Source of the DNA: Candidatus Moraniibacteriota bacterium
Lineage (GTDB): Bacteria; Patescibacteriota; Minisyncoccia; Moranbacterales; UBA1568
Length of the DNA: 64,000 nt
NCBI GenBank assembly: GCA_028688415.1
Contig: JAQTYF010000001.1
Span: 10,385 to 74,384, forward strand
Direction of reading: 5' to 3'
Notes under the pieces: model-generated
What the model was told of the DNA's origin: nothing
Seen by the model: only the letters and a program-made list of their open reading frames with translations
The model's database searches: none
In this document: piece after piece, positions 39,007-47,556 of the stretch
How positions within the stretch are numbered: position 1 is the stretch's first letter
Layout: each line of letters begins with the position of its first letter
Translations under genes and position numbers: made by a program

Positions 39007-39459
39007 ATGAAACTTCGAGGATCTGCGCTCGTATTCTCTCTTGTGGTACTTTCTTTTCTTTTGATGAGTGCTCTGTCTGTCGCCACTATTTCTGTAACGA
39101 ACAAGCGTTCTATTCTCGCAAGTAAGAATTCGACAATCTCTTTTCAATTTGCTGACACGGTAGCAGAAAATATATTAACAAAAATTTATAAAATACATGA
39201 TTCTGTCGCTGGACCACACTATGCTGATTTAGATGCATTGGCTGGTGCGTTGACGGGAGCGGCTTGTGATAACAGTGTTATCACCGGGACAGGATATGCA
39301 GTAACATTCTATAGTTGTGCAGATGCCGATACGTGTTCTGATATTACTTGTTCGAGTAATACTTGGCGCGCCGATGTTTCAAAGATGAAAATCTTGGGTA
39401 CATTCGGTGGAGTGACGAGAGCTATCGAAGTAGGGATTACTCCTGCCACAACACCATAA
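39007..39459 (+). CDS. Hypothetical exported/membrane-anchored Cys-containing protein (150 aa)
   Basis: Hydrophobic N-terminus MKLRGSALVFSLVVLSFLLMSAL. C-terminal Cys cluster. Confidence 0.45.
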   Translation: MKLRGSALVFSLVVLSFLLMSALSVATISVTNKRSILASKNSTISFQFADTVAENILTKIYKIHDSVAGPHYADLDALAGALTGAACDNSVITGTGYAVTFYSCADADTCSDITCSSNTWRADVSKMKILGTFGGVTRAIEVGITPATTP

Positions 39460-39480
39460 ACATTTTCTTTTTATACAGTA

Positions 39481-39516
39481 AAAAACAGAGAACAATTGCT
39501 CTCTGTTTTTTTATTG
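39481..39516. terminator. Bidirectional terminator hairpin (AACAGAGAAC-AATT-GCTCTCTGTT) with A-run on the left and T-run on the right
   Basis: 10-bp stem with one mismatch. Sits between convergent genes. Confidence 0.6.
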
Positions 39517-39518
39517 TA

Positions 39519-41687
39519 TTATTCCTTTTTCAACTTGTCTGGTCGATTATTCGGGCACTCTTTTTTGCTACACCGTTCGGGGATAGTTTTGGTCCCTTGC
39601 ATCATAAGGGAACCACAGAGGGAACAGAGAGTACCGGTTGGTTTGGCTTTGATAGCATTTTTGCAATCAGGATAATTGGAACAACTATAGAAAATACCAA
39701 ATCGTCCTTTGCGTTCTGTCATTTTTCCTTTCTTGCAAACAGGACAATCGACGTCGGTCGAGGGGAGAGCATTCTCATCTTTCTTGATGAATTTGCATTT
39801 GGGATAGTTAGAGCAGGCGATGAATGTCCCAAATCGTCCTGTACGTTCCATAAGTTTTCCGTCTTTGCATTTCGGACAATCTTCTCCTGTTTCTTTGGGT
39901 GGTTCAATTTCTTTGCCTTCGAAAGTGAGTGCTCCGGTACACTCAGGGAACCGTGAACAACTGAAGAACTTACCATTGCGCGCGAGCTTGATCACCATTG
40001 TTGCATTACATTTCGGGCAGAGAGTCCCTTCTGGTGCATCGCCCATGTTGGTGACTTTTTCTATATCATCTTTACTCTTCACTTCTTTCTGAAAAGGGAG
40101 ATAGAAATCCTTGAGTGTTTTCTCATACTCACGAGTCCCTGCTGCTATATCATCGAGCTTGTTTTCCATATCGGCCGTGAACACTTCTGAGACAATGTTC
40201 TCAAAATGTTTGAAGAGAAAATCATCGACGACCATTCCAGTATCAGTGACACTGAGGGCTTTACCTGTTTTTTCGACGTAGCCTCGGTCTTGGATGGTTT
40301 TGATAATCGAGGCGTAGGTACTCGGACGACCGATACCTCTTTTTTCGAGTTCTTTCACGAGTCCAGCTTCAGAATATCTTTGTGGTGGTTCGGTTTGTTT
40401 TTCTTCGGAAGCAATGGTGTCTAGCGTGAGAGGATCGGATGTCGCGATTCTCGGTACCTCGACATTATCTCCTCGTGCGGCGGTATCGAGAGCGAGCCAT
40501 CCATCGAACAGGAGATGTGAACCACTGACGGAGAAATTTGGCAATGCTCGATCAATTGTATTGGCGATGATTTTGGTGCGGAGTATTTCTGCGTCACTCA
40601 TCTGTGAAGCGAGTGTTCGTATGCGAATCAGTGCATAGAGTTTCTTTTCGTCCTCGGTAAATCCAGCTGTTTTCTTGGACGGATCAGTCGGACGTATCGC
40701 TTCGTGGGCTTCTTGGGCATTTTTACTCTTGGTTTTGTAGTGCCTGACAGAGAGATATTTTTCACCGAACTCTTTCGTCACTGCCTGAATGATTTCAGGT
40801 AAAATAGTTTCAGAAAGAGAAATGCTATCCGTACGCATATACGTGATATATCCTTTTTCGTAGAGTTTCTGAGCAGTACTCATCGTGCGAGATGGAGACA
40901 TGCCGAGACGAGAGCTGCTGGCTTGTTGGAGTGTCGACGTGGTAAACGGTGCGTACGGTCGACGGAGTGCTTCGGTTGTTTTTACTTCGACGACTTCCCA
41001 TTTTTTTTCTTTGGCGAGACGAAGAATGTTCTCTGCCGTTTCCTTGTCTTTGGGTTGTTCAGAACAGGTAAAAAGTATCTTTTCTTTTTTTTCTGTCGAA
41101 CACTCTGCTGTAATGACGAAATATGTCTCGGGAATGAATTCTCTGATTTCTTTCTCTCTTTCTGCGAGAATGTGGAGTGCTGGGGATTGGACGCGTCCAG
41201 CAGAGAGTCCATAACGAACCTTCTTCCAGATGAGACCGGAGAGATCATAGCCGACGAGACGATCAAGGACACGACGAGCCTCCTGTGCTTTTCGGAGATT
41301 GGTATCGAGAATGCCTGGATGAGCGACTGCTTCCTTCACTGCTTTTTCAGTAATTTCATAGAAGAGGACACGCTTTGGATTTTTGATACCACAGGTCTCA
41401 GCGACATGCCACGCGATAGCCTCACCTTCGCGGTCGGGATCGCTTGCAAGGAGTACTGCTTCACTTTTTTTGACGAGGGATTTGATATCTCGCACAACAG
41501 ACTCTTTGCCAGGAGAGACGATGTATCGAGGAATGAAACCACCAGGGATATCGATAGCGTCTTTGTTGGATTTCGGGAGATCGCGGACATGTCCGACGGA
41601 AGCGACGACACGATACTCACCACCGAGATATTTCTCGATGGTTTTGGCTTTGGACGGTGATTCGACAATGAGAAGTTTCATAGACAA
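39519..41687 (-). CDS. topA: DNA topoisomerase I
   Basis: TOPRIM N-terminus MKLLIVESPSKAKTIEKYLG...VGHVRDLP, active-site Tyr region, three C-terminal C4 zinc ribbons (CPKC...C..C). Confidence 0.95.
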   Translation of the reverse strand: MSMKLLIVESPSKAKTIEKYLGGEYRVVASVGHVRDLPKSNKDAIDIPGGFIPRYIVSPGKESVVRDIKSLVKKSEAVLLASDPDREGEAIAWHVAETCGIKNPKRVLFYEITEKAVKEAVAHPGILDTNLRKAQEARRVLDRLVGYDLSGLIWKKVRYGLSAGRVQSPALHILAEREKEIREFIPETYFVITAECSTEKKEKILFTCSEQPKDKETAENILRLAKEKKWEVVEVKTTEALRRPYAPFTTSTLQQASSSRLGMSPSRTMSTAQKLYEKGYITYMRTDSISLSETILPEIIQAVTKEFGEKYLSVRHYKTKSKNAQEAHEAIRPTDPSKKTAGFTEDEKKLYALIRIRTLASQMSDAEILRTKIIANTIDRALPNFSVSGSHLLFDGWLALDTAARGDNVEVPRIATSDPLTLDTIASEEKQTEPPQRYSEAGLVKELEKRGIGRPSTYASIIKTIQDRGYVEKTGKALSVTDTGMVVDDFLFKHFENIVSEVFTADMENKLDDIAAGTREYEKTLKDFYLPFQKEVKSKDDIEKVTNMGDAPEGTLCPKCNATMVIKLARNGKFFSCSRFPECTGALTFEGKEIEPPKETGEDCPKCKDGKLMERTGRFGTFIACSNYPKCKFIKKDENALPSTDVDCPVCKKGKMTERKGRFGIFYSCSNYPDCKNAIKAKPTGTLCSLCGSLMMQGTKTIPERCSKKECPNNRPDKLKKE

Positions 41688-41716
41688 TAAAATGTTTGGA
41701 AATTTGTACTTTTTTT

Positions 41717-41801
41717 AAAAATAGGAAAAAAACTTTTTTAGAAAACCATTGGGCGAAACTGCTTCGGACGGGTTTATCTAAAAAGTTTTTTTCCTATTTT
41801 T
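41717..41801. ncRNA. Structured element, copy 1: 24-bp AT-rich perfect stem enclosing a conserved 38-nt core GAAAACCATTGGGCGAAACTGCTTCGGACGGGTTTATC
   Basis: Left arm AAAAATAGGAAAAAAACTTTTTTA and right arm TAAAAAGTTTTTTTCCTATTTTT. The same core with a different but still complementary stem occurs at 48221-48297. Confidence 0.55.
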
Positions 41802-41819
41802 AAAAAACCATTGCTCTCT

Positions 41820-42932
41820 CTATTTTCTGATATAATTCATCCCTCCGATATTACGTATGAGACCTTTGATCTCGAGGAGACCGAGAGTGGAGTTGAGAGA
41901 CGATGTTTCTAGTCTAACTGCTTTGACAATCTTGTCAACGTGGAGTGGTTCATGAGAGAGAATGGAAAGTATCGTATTCTCTTCTTTTGAGAGAGAACTT
42001 TGTTCTTGGAAAAGAGTCTCTTGTGATGAGAGAATATTTTTTTCTGGAAGAGGAAATTCTTCGAGAATGTCTGAAACAGAAGTCACTATTTTCGCGCCAG
42101 ACTTGATGAGGTGATTGGTGCCGACAGAGAAAGGAGAAAAGATGGATCCTGGTACAGCAAATACTTCACGATTATAATCAAGGGCGAGATGAGCTGTGAT
42201 GAGTGCCCCGCTCCTCTCCGGTGCTTCGATGACGATGGTGCCGAGACACATTCCAGCAACGATACGATTACGAGCGGGGAATGTTCCGACATTGACTTCG
42301 GTCCCAGGAGCGTATTCGGAAATGATTGCTCCAGTACGGATGATATTCCGAGCAAGAGGGAGATGTGTCTGAGGAGCGATAGAAAAATCATCGACACCAC
42401 CAGCGAGCACCGCTATTGTCTCGGCACCGGCTTCGAGTGTGGCTTTGTGAGCAATAGAGTCGATGCCAAATGCCAATCCAGAAACAATGACGTATCCTGC
42501 CTGAGCCAGATCGCAAGCAAGTTGGTGGGCCACTTGTTTTCCGTAATCAGTACATTTACGTGAGCCGACGATTGCAATGAGTGATTTTTCTTTCCAATCA
42601 TAATTCCCACGCACAAAAAGAATCATGGGCGCGTCTGGAATTTCTTTGAGTAATCGAGGGTATTTTTTATCGGTAAACGCGAGAGTGTCGATACCTTGAT
42701 CGCTGATTTTTTGCCATTCCTTATCAGGATCAAAAGTATTTCTCCCGTGAAGGATGTCGGCTACCGTTTTTGGTCCGAGGCCTTTGATGTTGAGGAGGGT
42801 TTCTTGAGAGGCTTCCCAGAGTGCTTCGACACTGCCAAAATGTTCGAGGAGTTCTCGGAGAGTTCTGTTTCCGAGACCAGGTACGAGACTGAGTGTATAG
42901 AGGAGAGCTGATGAACGTTGTGTTATATCCAT
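41820..42932 (-). CDS. dprA: DNA processing protein DprA (Smf)
   Basis: N-terminal SAM/HhH region (LSLVPGLGNRTLRELLEHFGS...), Rossmann-like DprA domain (IVGSRKCTDYG...VSGLAFGIDSIAH), C-terminal winged helix. Confidence 0.85.
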   Translation of the reverse strand: MDITQRSSALLYTLSLVPGLGNRTLRELLEHFGSVEALWEASQETLLNIKGLGPKTVADILHGRNTFDPDKEWQKISDQGIDTLAFTDKKYPRLLKEIPDAPMILFVRGNYDWKEKSLIAIVGSRKCTDYGKQVAHQLACDLAQAGYVIVSGLAFGIDSIAHKATLEAGAETIAVLAGGVDDFSIAPQTHLPLARNIIRTGAIISEYAPGTEVNVGTFPARNRIVAGMCLGTIVIEAPERSGALITAHLALDYNREVFAVPGSIFSPFSVGTNHLIKSGAKIVTSVSDILEEFPLPEKNILSSQETLFQEQSSLSKEENTILSILSHEPLHVDKIVKAVRLETSSLNSTLGLLEIKGLIRNIGGMNYIRK

Positions 42933-42965
42933 TTGTAGAATGAAGAAATATTTCTTAGAAAAAAA

Positions 42966-44603
42966 TTATTCTTTGTCTGGAAAAACATATCGTCCTGGTG
43001 CAATCAATCGTTTTGGATCAATTGATGTCTTGAGTATACTGGCGAGATGTGTAGAGCTAGGAGCGAGATCTTTGAGAAGATGCATTGATGAAAGACTGAG
43101 TCTATAGGGGATGTACCCCATTTTTTGCCCTGCTTGAAAAAGTTCTTCGTAACAACGCTTGGCACGCTCTGCATCCTCTGTGTCATTGAGTCGGAAGAGG
43201 ATAGGAACAGTCACGTCAAAGCAACGCGAGGAGAGACTAGTAAATGTCATAAGTGGCTCGATACCATTTTTTTCACAGATGTCCTGAATCATGCGAGCAC
43301 AAGCGCGGACATCAGAGGATTTGAAAGGGACCAGAGGAGAATACCAGTACAAACCGCAACCGTCACGAGCGGGATCGAGTGGTTTGCCTGTAGGCATATC
43401 AACACCCGATTTCCAGTAGGCGAGAGGGAGAGCGACCTCATTTGGTTTCCCGTGAAGTATTTCAAAAAGAGAAAGGAGAGAATCAATAGTACCAGAGAGA
43501 TGTCTTCCAAAATGTCCTGGAACAAGTTTGGCAAAAGAAGATGCTTGACGTATGAGGGCAGGTGAGAGAAATGTGAGATGTGAGACATGAGGACTGAGTG
43601 TTTCTTTGAGTATAGTCTTGGCTCCTTTGACGAGAGCCTTGTGTCCATAGATAGCACCGATACCAGTCCATGCAGTCACCTGATCAGCGTGCGCCATCAT
43701 ATCGATAATTTTTTGAGGAACAATAGATCCTATCATCGTACTCGTTTCCGGATAGGCTTCTTGCATAGAGAGTACTCGTCTCGCATTCATAATATTGAAT
43801 GATCCAGTGACTGTTCCTGTCAGACTGAGAGATTTCTGAAGAGCCTCGATGGCTTTTTCGAGGTCTGCTTCCTCATTCACACGGAAAAAAACGAGCTCGA
43901 CTTTCTCAGGAACAGGAGCGAGGACAAGCGTCATAGATGTAACAATGCCAAAATTTCCTTGTGAGAAGAGTCCATCGAGATACGGACCGATACCCCATTT
44001 GTGAAGACGATTGACTTCTACACCACCCATTTCATCGAGTGCTCGACGATAGAGTGATCCGTCTGGCAGTACTGCCTCGAGTGAAGTGATAGCAGAGAAA
44101 TGGTCTGCATAAGGAGTGATACCGAAACCTCTTTCGAGTGCATTGCCGACGATACTGCACGTAGGACCTCCTCCGTGTACTGGTACAAGAAACTGAGTTT
44201 TCTTTTTTCGAAGAAAATTATAGAGGTCTTTTTGTGTAACGCCTGGTTCGAGAGTGATGATACCAAGTACTGGATCGAAATTCGAGATTTCTTTCATGAG
44301 AGAGAGGTCTATGACAACGGCTTGTTCTGGAGGAAGACTGTTTCCGTAGCCCCAATTTTTCCCTCCACTCACAGGATAAACTGGAATGTTAAATTTTTGA
44401 GCAATCTCGACCACTCGAATTATATCGGCTGTTTTTTTACAGACGAGTGCCCCGAGGACAGTATAAGTTGTCGTAAAGGTTGTTTTCCCATATTTTTCTC
44501 TACTTTGTTCTTGATCGAGAACATTTCTTTTCCCAAGAATTTTCTGCCAATCAATGAAGGCTCTGTGCAATTCTTTTTCAAAAGATGTGAGATGAAACCC
44601 CAT
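42966..44603 (-). CDS. FAD-linked oxidase (FAD_binding_4 / PCMH-type flavoprotein dehydrogenase)
   Basis: FAD-binding N-terminal domain (ADIIRVVEIAQKFNIPVYPVSGGKNWGYGNS). 545 aa. Confidence 0.65.
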   Translation of the reverse strand: MGFHLTSFEKELHRAFIDWQKILGKRNVLDQEQSREKYGKTTFTTTYTVLGALVCKKTADIIRVVEIAQKFNIPVYPVSGGKNWGYGNSLPPEQAVVIDLSLMKEISNFDPVLGIITLEPGVTQKDLYNFLRKKKTQFLVPVHGGGPTCSIVGNALERGFGITPYADHFSAITSLEAVLPDGSLYRRALDEMGGVEVNRLHKWGIGPYLDGLFSQGNFGIVTSMTLVLAPVPEKVELVFFRVNEEADLEKAIEALQKSLSLTGTVTGSFNIMNARRVLSMQEAYPETSTMIGSIVPQKIIDMMAHADQVTAWTGIGAIYGHKALVKGAKTILKETLSPHVSHLTFLSPALIRQASSFAKLVPGHFGRHLSGTIDSLLSLFEILHGKPNEVALPLAYWKSGVDMPTGKPLDPARDGCGLYWYSPLVPFKSSDVRACARMIQDICEKNGIEPLMTFTSLSSRCFDVTVPILFRLNDTEDAERAKRCYEELFQAGQKMGYIPYRLSLSSMHLLKDLAPSSTHLASILKTSIDPKRLIAPGRYVFPDKE

Positions 44604-44818
44604 ATGTTTATTGAAAGTATTAAAAAGTATAGAGTACTTCTTTCTCTCTCATAGTATCATATATCGATAGAGAAGGAGAAACAAGTTTACTGTGTTATCG
44701 GGCAAGTGTCTTGTTTTGAAATGAGTTTAGTTTTAGAAATAAGGAAAACTTGCTTTATAAGAGGTTTTATCATACTCTATAAGAGTAAAAAACGAACATA
44801 AATGAAGAAAGGAAGTCT

Positions 44819-45046
44819 ATGGAAAAGTTGTTCTTTACCTTGCAAGAAAGGTTTCCTGAAACGAAAGAAGAAGTTCTTCGTTTTGCTCTGAATGTTTTTT
44901 TGTATCAACAAGAAAAGCAAACAGGAAACAAAGCCTCAGTCGACGATGCAACCGCTTTTTTTCGTCGATTCAATTCGAGCAATGACATTGCGTTATGGCT
45001 TCTCGATATTGATGTTGCCGTTCTCAGGGAAATAACCAAAAAATAA
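44819..45046 (+). CDS. Hypothetical small protein (75 aa)
   Basis: ORF with reasonable context upstream of the GGDEF-like gene. No motif. Confidence 0.3.
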   Translation: MEKLFFTLQERFPETKEEVLRFALNVFLYQQEKQTGNKASVDDATAFFRRFNSSNDIALWLLDIDVAVLREITKK

Positions 45047-45093
45047 GAGCGCTTCTGTTTTACACAACAGGAACGCTCTTTTTTCGAAAAAAT

Positions 45094-46245
45094 ATGAGTA
45101 ACGAATGGAAGCAAGGAGGGGAATATCCAATCGAAAGAATATCGAATGAACAAGAAGTTTCTCAAGATTCTCTTTCGAGTCTCATCGCACGACAATCAAA
45201 TCCTGAGCTTCTCAAAAAATACGAGGAGAGTTTACGTGATGTACAAAAAGTTCTTGAGGAAAATAATCGATTGCGACGTGAAGGAGAGGAACAGAAGAGA
45301 ACTATTCATGAACTCTCCTACGACAGTATTACAGACTTGAAGATTCGTTCATTATTTTATAAGCAGTTGAATACCCTCGTATCAGAGGAAATTGCTACTC
45401 TGTTCGGCGAAGATATCGCCATGTGGGAGACGCTTCCTCTTGATCAGCTCACTGAAAGAATTTTTAATATTGATATCTCAAACAGTGAAAACACATCCCT
45501 TGCCTTGCTCATGGGTGATGTCGCTTATCTTTCGCTCGCCAATACGAGTAATCATGCTCTCGGTGATGAGTTGTTGAAGAATATCGGGAAAGCTGGCAAG
45601 ACAACAAGCGAACTCTTTCCGGAATCAGCAGAGTTTTTTCGGTATGGTGGAGATGAAATAGTAGGTGTTCTCCGTGCAGAGAGTGAATCGGGTGTCAAAA
45701 ATATCGCTGACTCTTTTGAATCTGAGGTTTCTCAAACTCCATTTGCACATTTAGAAACACTTGGTATCACTCCCCATCTTCATATTGATATTGGAACATC
45801 TCGTTTTTTTGAGGGATTCTCTGCTTTCCGGAATCTCTTAGTGACCATACAAGAAGAAAATAAGAAACGTCAGTTAGCAGGAGAAGATCCTCTCGATATT
45901 CCTTGTGATGATCGCAGGAAAGTGCTCATCGATATGTGGCTCGGTATTGCTGATGAGAAATCTATCCTGCGAAAAGCGGAGAGACGTCTGCCAACACTCA
46001 AATTTTATAAAGAAAACACGCCTGATGTCTACACGGGTATTATCGGTTCTATGAGAAAAGGGGCTCTCAATGTCACTGATGAAGAACTTGATGTCTTGAG
46101 CAATGATCTTGCCTCCATCAGGCAATTTATTGTAGAAAAGAGGCTCCTCACAAAAACAGAAAGTGAGAAAACCTTATCGAGACGCAATGCTCTTGTGAAC
46201 GGAATTATCTATCGTATTGCAACAGACGAATTTCTTTCTGAGTAA
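45094..46245 (+). CDS. GGDEF-domain protein with degenerate signature (RYGGDEI) and N-terminal coiled coil
   Basis: GGDEF-like blocks DSITDLKIRSLFYKQL (D.lTgL.NR), LALLMGDVAYLSLANTSNHALGDELL (llLDlDhFK.iND..GH..GD.vL) and FFRYGGDEIVGVL (R.GGDEF..ll). Confidence 0.55.
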   Translation: MSNEWKQGGEYPIERISNEQEVSQDSLSSLIARQSNPELLKKYEESLRDVQKVLEENNRLRREGEEQKRTIHELSYDSITDLKIRSLFYKQLNTLVSEEIATLFGEDIAMWETLPLDQLTERIFNIDISNSENTSLALLMGDVAYLSLANTSNHALGDELLKNIGKAGKTTSELFPESAEFFRYGGDEIVGVLRAESESGVKNIADSFESEVSQTPFAHLETLGITPHLHIDIGTSRFFEGFSAFRNLLVTIQEENKKRQLAGEDPLDIPCDDRRKVLIDMWLGIADEKSILRKAERRLPTLKFYKENTPDVYTGIIGSMRKGALNVTDEELDVLSNDLASIRQFIVEKRLLTKTESEKTLSRRNALVNGIIYRIATDEFLSE

Positions 46246-46320
46246 TTTCTGAAGAAGGAAAAATGTTATCCTCTGTCTGGACAAAAAATGATTCTTTCGT
46301 TACAATAACTTCATTCGTTA

Positions 46321-46394
46321 TGGGCCGTTAGCTCAGTTGGTTAGAGCACCGCATTTGCAATGCGGGGGTCGTCGGTTCGAATCCGACACGGTCC
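46321..46394 (+). tRNA. tRNA-Ala (anticodon TGC), with G3:U70
   Basis: GGGCCGTTAGCTCAGTTGGTTAGAGCACCGCATTTGCAATGCGGGGGTCGTCGGTTCGAATCCGACACGGTCCA. Confidence 0.9.
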
Positions 46395-46492
46395 ACTCTG
46401 TTTTCCTCTTGATTTTTTTTTCATTTGTGATATCATTTGAAATACCATTCTATGAATAGGAGGTGTTTTGGATTGAGAACAAGGGAAAATAT

Positions 46493-46566
46493 GGGTGATT
46501 AGCTCAGTTGGTTAGAGCGCTACACTGATAATGTAGAGGTCCCAAGTTCGAATCTTGGATCACCCA
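46493..46566 (+). tRNA. tRNA-Ile (anticodon GAT)
   Basis: GGGTGATTAGCTCAGTTGGTTAGAGCGCTACACTGATAATGTAGAGGTCCCAAGTTCGAATCTTGGATCACCCA. Confidence 0.9.
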
Positions 46567-46692
46567 CCCACGAAAAATGTGAAACACATATCGTGGCAAG
46601 ACGGGGATTGCTCGGCTTGTCGAAGAGTATGCTGTATGATGATTGAGTAAGGTTTATAGTTTGCTACGTGGCGAACAGAGTGAGTTTTACGT

Positions 46693-46766
46693 AGCGGGGT
46701 AGAGCAGTCTGGCAGCTCGTCTGGCTCATAACCAGAAGGTCGGTGGTTCGAATCCACCCCCCGCAA
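46693..46766 (+). tRNA. Initiator tRNA-fMet (anticodon CAT)
   Basis: AGCGGGGTAGAGCAGTCTGGCAGCTCGTCTGGCTCATAACCAGAAGGTCGGTGGTTCGAATCCACCCCCCGCAA. Near-identity to E. coli tRNA-fMet, including the unpaired 1:72 position. Confidence 0.85.
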
Positions 46767-47125
46767 CACACGAAAGAATTGAGTGAGTAAGGAGGAAGAC
46801 ACAAACGATTTTGTGTCTGTGTGGATGAGAAGGGATGTTTTCTTGAAAAGAAAAATCCCAGGCTCCTCGAACGAATCCACCCCCCGCAACACACGAAAGA
46901 ATTGAGTGAGTAAGGAGGAAGACACAAACGATTTTGTATCTGTGTGGATGAGAAGGGATGTTTTCTTGAAAAGAAAAATCCCAGGCTCCTCGAACGAATC
47001 CACCCCCCGCAACAAACGGAACAAAGTGAAGTGCAGAGAGGAGGGAATGAGCGAACTGCTTCGCTCATGTGTGGATGAGAAGGGTCGAAGTTCCGCGACG
47101 ACCCAGGCTTCTCGAACGAATCCAC
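46749..47125 (+). repeat. Tandem array (about 3.1 copies of a 123-bp unit). Every unit begins with the 3' end of tRNA-fMet (CGAATCCACCCCCCGCAACA). Copies 1 and 2 are almost identical; copy 3 diverged internally.
   Basis: Period 123 bp: CGAATCCAC at 46749, 46872, 46995 and 47117. Unit = tRNA 3' end + CACGAAAGAATTGAGTGAGTAAGGAGGAAGACACAAACGATTTTGTGTCTGTGTGGATGAGAAGGGATGTTTTCTTGAAAAGAAAAATCCCAGGCTCCT. Confidence 0.8.
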
Positions 47126-47188
47126 TTGAGTAGTGAAGAAAAATATAATGAAGAGCGAGTGTTCATCGTTTTGTTATGAACTATCTCT

Positions 47189-47262
47189 GGCAGGGTAGCT
47201 CAGTTGGTTAGAGCATAGCCTTCATAAGGCTGGGGTCGCGAGTTCGAATCTCGCCCCTGCTA
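47189..47262 (+). tRNA. tRNA-Met (anticodon CAT; elongator or possibly tRNA-Ile2/lysidine type)
   Basis: GGCAGGGTAGCTCAGTTGGTTAGAGCATAGCCTTCATAAGGCTGGGGTCGCGAGTTCGAATCTCGCCCCTGCTA. Confidence 0.75.
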
Positions 47263-47283
47263 CACAGAAACAAGAAAATACAC

Positions 47284-47357
47284 GGGGGCGTAGCTCAGCT
47301 GGTTAGAGCGACTGCCTGTCACGCAGTAGGTCGCCGGTTCGAGTCCGGTCGCTCCCG
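47284..47357 (+). tRNA. tRNA-Asp (anticodon GTC)
   Basis: GGGGGCGTAGCTCAGCTGGTTAGAGCGACTGCCTGTCACGCAGTAGGTCGCCGGTTCGAGTCCGGTCGCTCCCG. Confidence 0.85.
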
Positions 47358-47361
47358 CAGA

Positions 47362-47389
47362 GAAAAACACCCGCAAGGGTGTTTTTTTG
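47362..47389 (+). terminator. Rho-independent terminator ACACCC-GCAA-GGGTGT + T7 after the tRNA cluster
   Basis: 6-bp GC-rich stem, tetraloop, TTTTTTT. Confidence 0.7.
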
Positions 47390-47505
47390 TGGGCGATTGG
47401 CTCGAACGAGGAAGGGGGTCGGGGAAACGGGAGTTTCACCGTTGGCGGAGAGCAGGACTTTGTCCGCTGAGAACGGAGGCGTTCTCAGAGCGAAGCTGTT
47501 CGATT

Positions 47506-47524
47506 GTCCGGTCGCTCCCGCAGA
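47506..47524 (+). repeat. Direct repeat of the tRNA-Asp 3' end (GTCCGGTCGCTCCCGCAGA; extended match TTCGAKTGTCCGGTCGCTCCCGCAGA), an att-like scar 146 bp downstream of the tRNA
   Basis: Identical 19-mer at 47343-47361 (inside tRNA-Asp) and 47506-47524. The intervening ~145 bp are GC-rich compared with the rest of the window. Confidence 0.7.
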
Positions 47525-47556
47525 ATAAAGAACTTGGCCCTTGTGGCTGAGTTTTT

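Noticed and set aside
39007-39459. Type IV pilin call for ORF 39007..39459
   Set aside because: The N-terminus lacks the conserved Glu at +5 and a clear G|F/S-T-L-I-E prepilin peptidase site. Kept as a hypothetical exported protein.
39363-41718. Plus-strand ORFs (39363..39956, 39820..40092, 40885..41214, 40923..41660, 41383..41718) opposite topA
   Set aside because: They are antisense to the conserved topoisomerase I gene, with low-complexity translations.
46749-47125. Possible CRISPR array
   Set aside because: The repeats are 123 bp, contiguous without unique spacers, begin inside a tRNA and have no cas genes nearby. This is a tandem array, not CRISPR.
46560-47133. ORFs 46560..47024 -, 46664..47125 -, 46906..47133 + across the tRNA-fMet tandem array
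   Set aside because: Their repetitive protein sequences simply mirror the 123-bp DNA tandem repeat and overlap a tRNA. No coding signal independent of the repeat.
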